Shown here: positions 19,607 through 27,469 of the stretch, one piece after another | Position numbering within the stretch: position 1 is the stretch's first letter | How the letters are laid out: each line of letters begins with the position of its first letter | Assembly: GCA_038217285.1 (NCBI GenBank) | Contig: JBBQPO010000009.1 | Location: forward strand, 1-51,714 | DNA length: 51,714 nt | Source: Chthonomonadales bacterium | GTDB taxonomy: Bacteria > Armatimonadota > Chthonomonadetes > Chthonomonadales > Chthonomonadaceae | Reading direction: 5' to 3' | The notes under the pieces: model-generated | Database searches by the model: none | The model's input: only the letters and a program-made list of their open reading frames with translations | What the model was told of the DNA's origin: nothing | Program-made: the position numbers and the translations under genes

Positions 19607-20194
19607 TCAACCATAGATTCGCGCGTAGGATTGCAACCGTCGCAGGTCCTTGTCAAACTTTTCCGGATCGAACAGTTCCGGGTCATATTTGCGTCCTACC
19701 CATTGCTTCATATCCTTGTGTTCAGGGTGGCGTGGATTCGCCAACACTTTCAGCAAAGAGACATATCCCGGCACGCTGCCGCAGTCTTCCGGCGGACAGG
19801 CGCGTTTGCCGGCCATACACAGAGGATATCTGGTGTTTGGGAACGGAGGAAGCACCTTTTCAAGAGTCACGACATGCTCCCAGTCGTCCCCAAAGTCGTA
19901 AGTATAGAGGAACGTATCCTTCGAAGCGCTTATCAGGTCGTTCAAGCGCAACTTCCGCTCGTCCTCCATCTGCAACTCTTCGAGAGCGCCCTCTTCATAG
20001 GGCATCGTAAATCGACGGTCTCCGAACATAAAACAGTGCAGATGCGAGTTTGTCCAACCCATCGCCGCTTGAAGGACAAGATGCAGATCATCCAACCTGA
20101 TGTCCCACGGAATCTGGACCCGCCGCCAGATTTGCGGGCGAATATCGCTCAGCACGATCTTCAACTGATACACGTTGCCTATAGGTTGACGCAT
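19607..20194 (-). CDS. Plasmid pRiA4b ORF-3 family protein
   Basis: IWRRVQIP...LHLVLQAAMGWTNSHLHCF, YTYDFGDDWEH and RACPPEDCG. Confidence 0.9.
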   Translation of the reverse strand: MRQPIGNVYQLKIVLSDIRPQIWRRVQIPWDIRLDDLHLVLQAAMGWTNSHLHCFMFGDRRFTMPYEEGALEELQMEDERKLRLNDLISASKDTFLYTYDFGDDWEHVVTLEKVLPPFPNTRYPLCMAGKRACPPEDCGSVPGYVSLLKVLANPRHPEHKDMKQWVGRKYDPELFDPEKFDKDLRRLQSYARIYG

Positions 20195-20248
20195 CTCTTC
20201 GTCCTTTCGACACTTCCAGATCATTAATAGTGCAAGACGCCTTCCCGC

Positions 20249-20697
20249 GTGCACCTACGCGTTCATTTTGGCCAGGAGGAAGTTCTCCCTCTATTCGAAC
20301 CGTCGAAAACGTTCAGGCGTCGCGGTACTGGGCGAAGAGGGCGAGAGCGGCTTCGAGGGACATCGCGCCGAGGTCGCCTTCGGTGCGGCGGCGGACGCTG
20401 ACGGTGCTGTTCTCGATGTCTTTGTCGCCGAGGATGAGCATGACGGGGATCTTCTGCATCTCCGACTCACGGATGCGTTTGCCCATCTTCTCATTGCGGT
20501 CGTCCATCTTGACGCGGAAACCGGCGGCTTTGAGCTGCTCGCCGACCTCGTTGGCGTAGGCGTAGTGTCGCTCCGCGATGGGGATGAGGACGATCTGCTC
20601 CGGGGCGAGCCAGAAGGGGAACGCGCCCGCATACTGCTCGATCAGCACGCCGAGGAACCGCTCCGTCGTGCCCGTGACCGCGCGGTGCAGCACGACC
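20249..20697 (-). repeat. Duplicated thrS 3' end, copy R1 (about 128 codons, open frame, plus about 65 nt of downstream sequence)
   Basis: Near-identical to 24993-25441; encodes VVLHRAVTGTTERF...AQYRDA. Confidence 0.97.
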
Positions 20698-20699
20698 AG

Positions 20700-22448
20700 T
20701 TAGTCGAATCGAATCCCGAAAAGCCCCCCATCTTCCGTTGCATCAGTAAGACGAACCACATTTACGAAATCCATCGGCGCAAAATCATCACCAGACTTCT
20801 CGCTCAACAACGTATCAGAATTTAGGGCGACAATATGCTGAAATCGGTATACATTGGACATCTCATGGCCAACTTGTAGTGCTGTCAACACCTGACGAGG
20901 GTCTACGCCATCGAAAAGATGACTGTCATGAATCAGGTATCCTGGGTTAATTGCGCGTTCAACGGTTATCCGTATGAGTGCGATATCAAAACAGAAAACC
21001 TGCATTGACGAAACTCCTTTGCTCTTCTGCCCCTGGATGCGGACTTCGAATTTGGGTCCATCCTGAGTATCATTAACAACGAGGCTACCCGCCTTTTCAT
21101 ACAGACGCGAAGACACATCTTCAAATGTGACAATTGCCTCATCAACGCGCTGCTTTTGCTCCTTTAGATCTTGTTGCAATCGAAGCATCAAGCGTTGGCG
21201 TTCTATTCCAAGTTCTGCTTGCTGACCTTGGAGATATTCCGCTGTTTCTAGTTGTTTCCGCAAAGCCTCAGTTTCTTGCTCCAAACGAGTTAACTCGGCT
21301 TGCAAACCCACATAACTTTCCAGAGCACCACCTGATCTGATGATGCTCATGATCTCTTGTCGTCGGCGATCAAGCGCTTCCTTTTGGCTCTCTCGATCCC
21401 TAATTCTTCGCAAAGCATCTTCCATCGCACCAGCAAGATAACTGCGTCGGTTATCGACAACAGAACGGTGAAATGCGGATAACTCCTCGAAACGTTTCAA
21501 GGCAACATCAGGCAGTTCAACTCCAGCCTCTTGATAAAGTGCTTGGAGGTCGCTATAAGATGGAAGTCTTTCTATATCGAGCGCTGCCTGTAACTCGCTT
21601 GCCAAAGATCGATCTATCGTATTCCCATCCGCTAATTCCCCAAGTTGCTTTGTAAGGAACGTAGCCTCGATTTCTAGTTCTCGGTACTCAGGCACGACCT
21701 GGAAGTTTCCCACACTAGTGCGCATACGCACAACTCTTTGCTCACGAACAGCGAGACGTGTCCGTAGTTCGGCGGGATCTCCCACAATTTGTCCCAAGTC
21801 AGCAGTGCTGGATGCTTTTTTTATTTCTCGGAGCATCCGCTCACGGTCGCGGACAAGTTGCCATTGTTGTGCAATCGTCCAATCAAGTCCCAAAAGAAAT
21901 GAAATAGCCACCTGACTGTCCCCTTCAGCTTGTTGAGTCGCTTGCTTGAACGGAGAAGAAAAGCCACCGCTATTCTGTTTTCGGATAAAATACGCAATCA
22001 GTTGGCGAAACTTTGGTGCCCAGGCACCCCATGTTTCCTCCTCAACAGGAATTCCAAAGACGAGATGTCCAAGAACTGATTTCCATTTCTCGTTCGAGAT
22101 AATCCCCTCTTCATTTGGCTGATGCGGCCACGTCGCTGTATCGCCATCGACAAGATGAACCTCCGAAGGTTTAGCACCCATTCGCTTGACTGTAACCTTT
22201 GAACCTCCCAGGTCGAATGTCATACAGAACCAATGTCTAATGAGAGCAGAGTTCCTGAAGATCGAGTCCTTCTCGCAGTTGCCTCCCAATAGAAAATGGA
22301 TTGTTTCTATGAAGCTCGTTTTTCCCGCTCGATTACGAGTTTGACGTTGTGTGGAATCTTCCGTTTTGTCCGACAGGAGGATATTTAGCCCTGGACCGAA
22401 CTCCATGGATTTGAACGATGTAAGGGTAGAAAATACGCGGTAGATCAT
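20700..22448 (-). CDS. ABC-three-component / Lamassu LmuB-like SMC-type ABC ATPase (DUF2326-like)
   Basis: FGPGLNILL, Walker A RNRAGKTS, central coiled coil, Walker B-like LIHDSHLFDGVD, C-terminal LFGIRFD. Confidence 0.85.
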   Translation of the reverse strand: MIYRVFSTLTSFKSMEFGPGLNILLSDKTEDSTQRQTRNRAGKTSFIETIHFLLGGNCEKDSIFRNSALIRHWFCMTFDLGGSKVTVKRMGAKPSEVHLVDGDTATWPHQPNEEGIISNEKWKSVLGHLVFGIPVEEETWGAWAPKFRQLIAYFIRKQNSGGFSSPFKQATQQAEGDSQVAISFLLGLDWTIAQQWQLVRDRERMLREIKKASSTADLGQIVGDPAELRTRLAVREQRVVRMRTSVGNFQVVPEYRELEIEATFLTKQLGELADGNTIDRSLASELQAALDIERLPSYSDLQALYQEAGVELPDVALKRFEELSAFHRSVVDNRRSYLAGAMEDALRRIRDRESQKEALDRRRQEIMSIIRSGGALESYVGLQAELTRLEQETEALRKQLETAEYLQGQQAELGIERQRLMLRLQQDLKEQKQRVDEAIVTFEDVSSRLYEKAGSLVVNDTQDGPKFEVRIQGQKSKGVSSMQVFCFDIALIRITVERAINPGYLIHDSHLFDGVDPRQVLTALQVGHEMSNVYRFQHIVALNSDTLLSEKSGDDFAPMDFVNVVRLTDATEDGGLFGIRFD

Positions 22449-22675
22449 CGCTTTACCTTCTTTAGGCGGCCTTCGTGATACTCCACGGTGCCGATGAGAA
22501 ACAGCAGATCCAACGACAAAATAAACCAGTCGTACGACACGCTCGCCCCGCTATCACGCTGGATCGTTTCCCATAATCGTGAAACTGTCTGCGGGTGATT
22601 AAGTTGACGAAGAACACGTGCGCCCAATCCAAGAAGGGCTTTATCTGCGGAGATTCGTTTTGTGGGCAATATCAC
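22445..22675 (-). CDS. ABC-three-component middle component (LmuC-like)
   Basis: MILPTKRI...TVSRLWE...YDWFILSLDLLF; 76 aa; ATGA/GTGA overlaps with both neighbours. Confidence 0.8.
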   Translation of the reverse strand: MILPTKRISADKALLGLGARVLRQLNHPQTVSRLWETIQRDSGASVSYDWFILSLDLLFLIGTVEYHEGRLKKVKR

Positions 22676-23595
22676 GATTCCCCTCCCTTTAGTTCGCTTG
22701 CATCATGTCGCTCGAAGATATCGCATTCTTCGAAGAAGTGAGCTAGAATTGCCAGTGCAGCGGCTTGCTCACGGTCAGATGTAGCATCATTTGCTCCAGC
22801 GTAACCCCTTAATTCCCAAAAGATGCTATCGGGATCCAAGCCCTTTTCCTTCAGTTCAATATACTTCTCGTTAAATTGAAACGCAAGAGCATCGCCATAA
22901 CGGGGATCTCGATAGTTATCAAAGTAGTGAGCAACCAGAGAAGACTTTATCATCCCAAGCGTCAGAAAGGCAGCAACGTCACCGGAAAGTGCATTCATTT
23001 GCAATTTGTCCGCCGGTACCGGGCGCAAATCGACTCCCAACGGCGGATCAACAGTCTGGATATGCTGAAGGACTTTCTCGACATCGGAAAATCTTACCTT
23101 CTGCATCGCTAAGGTAGATGGCGCCGGTCCAAGAACAAATTGAATATCTACAGGCTCCAACTCGAACAACTTCGCTCTTAATTCGGCGAATCCCCATGGC
23201 GTAAAGCCGATCATAGGATTGGCTTCTCCGAAAGCTTGTGTCTTCTGAAGAACAAACGGCGGTACCCCCTCACGAGAGTTATGGACGAAATTCCAATGTT
23301 CAAACTTCCCACTCCAATGGATACACGCTCCCTGAAAATCTTCGTCCATCTTTCTTTCTGTCTCTGCTCTGGTAAGTTCATCAGGGGCATAGACTTGAAA
23401 TAGCCGCTTCTCGCTGGCAAGCCATCCATCACACTTTTGGTCACCGATATTTCCCCACGGACGCACCTGCGTGAAGTCGATGGGATATCGCAACTCCATA
23501 ATTCTCGTAAAAAGCGTCTGGAACGCCGAGGATCGAAATACCACAAAGTCCCTTTCGAACGTCCTTTCCCAATACATTCTCGTGATTTGTTCCAT
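22672..23595 (-). CDS. ABC-three-component effector: restriction-endonuclease-like N-terminal domain plus CTD (LmuA-like)
   Basis: AFQTLF...GNIGDQKCDG...FQVYAP nuclease-like core and C-terminal LAHFFEECDIFE. Confidence 0.78.
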   Translation of the reverse strand: MEQITRMYWERTFERDFVVFRSSAFQTLFTRIMELRYPIDFTQVRPWGNIGDQKCDGWLASEKRLFQVYAPDELTRAETERKMDEDFQGACIHWSGKFEHWNFVHNSREGVPPFVLQKTQAFGEANPMIGFTPWGFAELRAKLFELEPVDIQFVLGPAPSTLAMQKVRFSDVEKVLQHIQTVDPPLGVDLRPVPADKLQMNALSGDVAAFLTLGMIKSSLVAHYFDNYRDPRYGDALAFQFNEKYIELKEKGLDPDSIFWELRGYAGANDATSDREQAAALAILAHFFEECDIFERHDASELKGGES

Positions 23596-23884
23596 TATGT
23601 GGTAGTCACCTCATCATCTAACGCGAAAATATCGTTTTATCGTTTTATTGTCTTACCGGACAAAGGGCGCACGACCAAAATTGGCCCGCAAACATCGTTT
23701 GGTCGTATCACGTTGATCGTTACCACGTTCGACACTTGGGGCCGTTATTCCTATCAAGGCGAGGGCGATACCAAGATATTTGAACCATGTCGAGTTTGCA
23801 AACGCAAGCTGAACGCGAGGAACACGCATCCGAGTCAAAAGAGCCGGACATTTTCAGAATGTCCGGCCTATCAGACTGTTGCAA

Positions 23885-24238
23885 TATTCGAACCGTCGAA
23901 AACGTTCAGGCGTCGCGGTACTGGGCGAAGAGGGCGAGGGCGGCTTCGAGGGACATCGCGCCGAGGTCGCCTTCGGTGCGACGGCGGACGCTGACCGTCT
24001 GGTTCTCGATATCCTTGTCGCCGAGGATGGGCATGACGGGGATCTTCTGCATCTCCGAATCACGGATGCGTTTGCCCATCTTCTCATTGCGGTCGTCCAT
24101 CTTGACGCGGAAACCGGCCGCTTTGAGCTGCTCGCCGACCTCGTTGGCATAGGCATAGTGTCGCTCCGCGATGCGGATAATGGCGATCTGCTCCGGGGCG
24201 AGCCAGAAGCGGAATGCACCCGCATACTGCTCGATCAG
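23885..24238 (-). repeat. Duplicated thrS 3' end, copy R2 (more diverged, pseudogene fragment)
   Basis: Encodes LIEQYAGAFRFWLAPEQIAIIRIAERH...AQYRDA, homologous to the thrS C-terminus. Confidence 0.95.
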
Positions 24239-24289
24239 GATGGTGCCAACGATGGGCTGACGGCCATCGGCTTTCTGATCGCGGAGGGG

Positions 24290-24628
24290 CTATGCCATGT
24301 CTACGGCAACGCGTAACGCCTGCTCCACCTGTGTCAGCGTTATTAGGGATACTTCGCCCATCCGCCGGATGAGCCGCGCGTTGTCAATGGCGCGGGCCTG
24401 ATGGCACAGGGCAACACTGTCAACGGACAGTCCGGCTTCGCCCGCAGGAACCTGTACACAGAAGGGGAATCGCGCCCAGTTGGCATTCGAGGTAAGAGGG
24501 ACAATGACAGCGGTACGCAGGAAAGCGTTGAGCGGATCCGCCTGCAATATGAGCACGGGACGCGTTCCGGCCTGCTCGGAGCCGCGGATCGGATCAAGGG
24601 AGGCCATCCACAGTTCGCCGCGTCTCAC
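24290..24628 (-). CDS. mazF: Type II toxin, PemK/MazF-family endoribonuclease
   Basis: MRRGELWMASLDPIRGSEQAGTRPVLILQ, VPLTS and DSVALCHQARAID. Confidence 0.93.
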   Translation of the reverse strand: MRRGELWMASLDPIRGSEQAGTRPVLILQADPLNAFLRTAVIVPLTSNANWARFPFCVQVPAGEAGLSVDSVALCHQARAIDNARLIRRMGEVSLITLTQVEQALRVAVDMA

Positions 24629-24876
24629 GCTTTGTCCGCCTCGGCCAACTGGCGGGCGTAGTCGTCCATGCCTGCCTCGGCAAGGGCCACGTCTTCGTCG
24701 GCAAGCCTGCTGTACAGGGTGATGAGAGTCGGATCAAGGAGCAACTGCCTGCGCTGCTCGGCGTGCACATATTGGCGCAAGGCGTCGGCGACTACGTCGG
24801 CCTTGGAACGCCCCTTGCGGGTTGACACACGTTCGAGTTCCGCGTCTAAGGCTTCATCAATCGTGAGGGTGACCAT
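24625..24876 (-). CDS. CopG/ribbon-helix-helix antitoxin
   Basis: LTIDEALDAEL...GRSKADVVADALRQY; overlaps the toxin start. Confidence 0.85.
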   Translation of the reverse strand: MVTLTIDEALDAELERVSTRKGRSKADVVADALRQYVHAEQRRQLLLDPTLITLYSRLADEDVALAEAGMDDYARQLAEADKA

Positions 24877-24966
24877 TGCCTGATGTCTCCTTGCCGAAGT
24901 TCAAGATGCGGATATTATAGCAGACGGTGGCGCAGACGGCAAGGGACGGCATGGCTGCAGAGGCGG

Positions 24967-25006
24967 ACACGTGGGCGCGCAGTCTTTCTGTTGTGCGCCC
25001 ACGTGT
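24967..25006. terminator. Stem-loop downstream of thrS
   Basis: ACACGTGGGCGC / GCGCCCACGTGT 12-bp inverted repeat; a T-run follows only on the plus strand. Confidence 0.45.
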
Positions 25007-25056
25007 GCTTTTTGGACTGGAAGAAGTTCTCCCTCTATTCGGACCGTCGAAAACGG

Positions 25057-26808
25057 TCAGGCGTCGCGGTAATGGGCGAAGAGGGCGAGGGCGGCTTCAA
25101 GGGACATCGCGCCGAGGTCACCTTCGGTGCGGCGGCGGACGCTGACGGTGCTGTTCTCGATGTCTTTGTCGCCGAGGATGAGCATGACGGGGATCTTCTG
25201 CATCTCCGACTCACGGATGCGTTTGCCCATCTTCTCGTTGCGATCGTCCATCTTGACGCGGAAACCGGCGGCTTTGAGCTGCTCGCCGACCTCGTTGGCG
25301 TAGGCGTAGTGTCGCTCCGCGATGGGGATGAGGACGATCTGCTCCGGGGCGAGCCAGAACGGGAATGCGCCCGCATACTGCTCGATCAGCACGCCGAGGA
25401 ACCGCTCCGTCGTGCCCGTGACCGCGCGGTGCAGCACGACCGGCGTCTGCTCGTTGCTCTCCGCATCGATGTACTTGCAGCCGAGGCGGGCAGGCTGGAT
25501 GAAGTCGACCTGGATGGTGGAGATCTGCCACTCGCGGCCCAGCGCATCCTTCGTCAGGAAGTCGGCTTTGGGGCCGTAGAAGGCCGCCTCGCCGGGCGCT
25601 TCGAAATATTCGACCGCGTTGGCGTCGAGGGCGCTGCGGAGGGCGTCGGTCGCCTTCCTCCACTTCTCGTCGTCGGCGACATACTTGCCGCCCGGCTCCT
25701 CGCCGCGCAGGGAGAGACGAACCCGGTAGTCCGTAAAGCCGTAACGCGTCAGAACCTCCCGGATCAGCTTGAGGGCCAGCGCAAACTCGCTCTCGATCTG
25801 GTCTTCCGTGCAGAAGATATGGCAGTCGTCCTGCGTCAGGGCGCGCACCCGCGTCAAGCCGTTCAACTCGCCCGTCTTCTCGTAGCGGTAGAGCGTGGCG
25901 AACTCGGCGTAGCGCAGCGGCAGGTCGCGGTAGGAGTGGTACTGGGCATTGAACAGTGTCATGTGCGAAGGGCAGTTCATCGGCTTGAGGCGATAGTTGA
26001 TACCCGCCTCCTCATCCCGCATCGGCGGGAACATCACGTCTGCATAGTTCTCGTAGTGGCCGCTCTTCTTATAGAGATCTTCGCGCACCAGATGGCCCGT
26101 CCAGACGTGCTGATAGCCGTAGCGCGTCTGCACCTCGCGCACATAGCTCTCCATCGTGTGGCGCAGCATCTCGCCTTTCGGCAGGAACAGCGGGATACCG
26201 GAGCCGATCGCCTCCGGCGCGAAGACGAACAGTCCCAACTCCTTGCCCAACTTGCGGTGATCCCGCAGTTTGGCCTCTTCCAGCCGCTGCAGGTAGTCGT
26301 AGAGCTCCTGCTTCGTCGGCCAGACCGTGCCGTAGATACGCGTCAGCATCTTGTTCTTCTCGCTGCCCCTCCAGTAGGCCCCCGCGATATGGAGCAGCTT
26401 GAAATGCTTCATAGAACCCGTGCTCGGCAGGTGCGGCCCCCGGCAGAGGTCGATCCAGTCGCCCTGGCGATAGAACGAGATCACCTCGCCCTCCGGCAGA
26501 TCATCGATCAGTGCGACCTTGTAAGGCTGGTCCAGCGCCTCCTCGAACGCGCGAGCCTCGGCGCGCTCCTTCTCCTCGCGCACGATCGGCAGGTTTCGGC
26601 CCGCGATCTCGCGCATCTTCTCTTCGATTCGCGCCAGCTCCTCCTCTTTCAGCGGCTCCTTAAACTCGAGGTCGTAGTAGAAACCATCCTCGATAGGCGG
26701 GCCGATGGCGTACTTCACGCCGGGAAAGAGCTCTCCGACGGCCTGGGCCATCAGGTGCGCCGTGCTGTGGCGCAGATCGTAAAGCGCATCATGCGCGACT
26801 TCATTCAT
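25057..26808 (-). CDS. thrS: Threonine--tRNA ligase (short form, no N-terminal TGS domain)
   Basis: RHSTAHLMAQA, DLCRGPH, RDHRKLG, LKPMNCP, GEAAFYGPK and HRA motifs. Confidence 0.98.
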   Translation of the reverse strand: MNEVAHDALYDLRHSTAHLMAQAVGELFPGVKYAIGPPIEDGFYYDLEFKEPLKEEELARIEEKMREIAGRNLPIVREEKERAEARAFEEALDQPYKVALIDDLPEGEVISFYRQGDWIDLCRGPHLPSTGSMKHFKLLHIAGAYWRGSEKNKMLTRIYGTVWPTKQELYDYLQRLEEAKLRDHRKLGKELGLFVFAPEAIGSGIPLFLPKGEMLRHTMESYVREVQTRYGYQHVWTGHLVREDLYKKSGHYENYADVMFPPMRDEEAGINYRLKPMNCPSHMTLFNAQYHSYRDLPLRYAEFATLYRYEKTGELNGLTRVRALTQDDCHIFCTEDQIESEFALALKLIREVLTRYGFTDYRVRLSLRGEEPGGKYVADDEKWRKATDALRSALDANAVEYFEAPGEAAFYGPKADFLTKDALGREWQISTIQVDFIQPARLGCKYIDAESNEQTPVVLHRAVTGTTERFLGVLIEQYAGAFPFWLAPEQIVLIPIAERHYAYANEVGEQLKAAGFRVKMDDRNEKMGKRIRESEMQKIPVMLILGDKDIENSTVSVRRRTEGDLGAMSLEAALALFAHYRDA

Positions 26809-26863
26809 GGACTATTTTCTCCTGGATGATTACCAATGAATCGATTTTGAGTGATAAGGCGAC

Positions 26864-27021
26864 AAAAAAGCCGCCTGCCCTGTTCTGTAAGGGTAGCGGC
26901 GTGGGTTGCAAGGGTCCGGGTCGAGGAGAGCGAGTGGGCTAGGGAGAGCCGGGAGCGCAGACAGGACGACGCAACATCACGCCAGTGTGGGCGGTATCAA
27001 CCGACACGGGCGAAGCCTCCT
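26864..27021 (-). promoter_or_regulatory. Putative thrS leader attenuator: uORF plus intrinsic terminator
   Basis: AGGAGG-8 nt-GTG uORF at 27007-26939 (MSVDTAHTGVMLRRPVCAPGSP), then a GC hairpin with U6 at 26900-26864. Confidence 0.45.
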
Positions 27022-27096
27022 GATTGCGGTGAGATGATGCGTTTCGTGCGGACAAAGACGGGCTCGTTTCCTCGGGTATGCGCTGCAACACTCCTT

Positions 27097-27125
27097 ATTA
27101 TAGGCGGAATAGATACGAATGTCAA
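27097..27125 (-). promoter_or_regulatory. Consensus sigma-70 promoter for thrS
   Basis: TTGACA-17 nt-TATAAT on the minus strand. Confidence 0.85.
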
Positions 27126-27158
27126 GAGGAGCCACAGACTTATCCTCGGCGGTTTCCA

Positions 27159-27187
27159 TTGACAGAGACGGTTAGGCATGATATAAT
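27159..27187 (+). promoter_or_regulatory. Consensus sigma-70 promoter for tRNA-Ser (divergent from thrS)
   Basis: TTGACA-17 nt-TATAAT with extended -10 TG. Confidence 0.85.
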
Positions 27188-27299
27188 AGGGACTGGATTG
27201 TGCAGGCGCGCATCGCACCTGGTGCGACTGTTCGTTGGATGCTTCTCTCACTCGGCAACGATCATTCCCCTTGTGTCGGGCCTGCGCTTTCTTTTGTGT

Positions 27300-27387
27300 G
27301 GAGTGATGTCCGAGTTGGTCTAAGGAGCACGATTGGAAATCGTGTAAAGGTTTACCCCTTTCGAGGGTTCGAATCCCTCTCGCTCCG
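27300..27387 (+). tRNA. tRNA-Ser(GGA)
   Basis: Acceptor GGAGTGA/TCGCTCC, anticodon arm CACGA-TTGGAAA-TCGTG, long variable arm, GGTTCGAATCC. Confidence 0.95.
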
Positions 27388-27469
27388 TTGTTCGTCGAAG
27401 CCTATAGTTGTCTGAAGGGGCGAGTTCGGCAGGAAGCCGGACTGCGCCCCTTTCCCGCACCTGCGGGGC

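Noticed and set aside
19428-19610. Small ORF with YHRHRPNGA resembling the IS3/IS481 YNxxRPH motif
   Set aside because: The match is too short and degenerate, with no DDE core or inverted repeats, so it cannot be counted as the array's recombinase.
23653-23838. 61-aa ORF between R2 and the effector gene
   Set aside because: No clear RBS or family motif; may be spacer or promoter sequence.
20249-25441. thrS repeats as a diversity-generating retroelement TR/VR pair or a CRISPR array
   Set aside because: No reverse transcriptase or cas genes; differences are mostly synonymous rather than adenine-specific; the repeats are hundreds of bp long.
24883-26829. 648-aa plus-strand ORF, and similar long ORFs opposite aroC, groEL and cgs
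   Set aside because: Antisense shadows of well-supported genes.
27300-27387. tRNA-Ser and tRNA-Arg as island integration sites
   Set aside because: I saw no duplicated tRNA 3' end and no integrase in the window.
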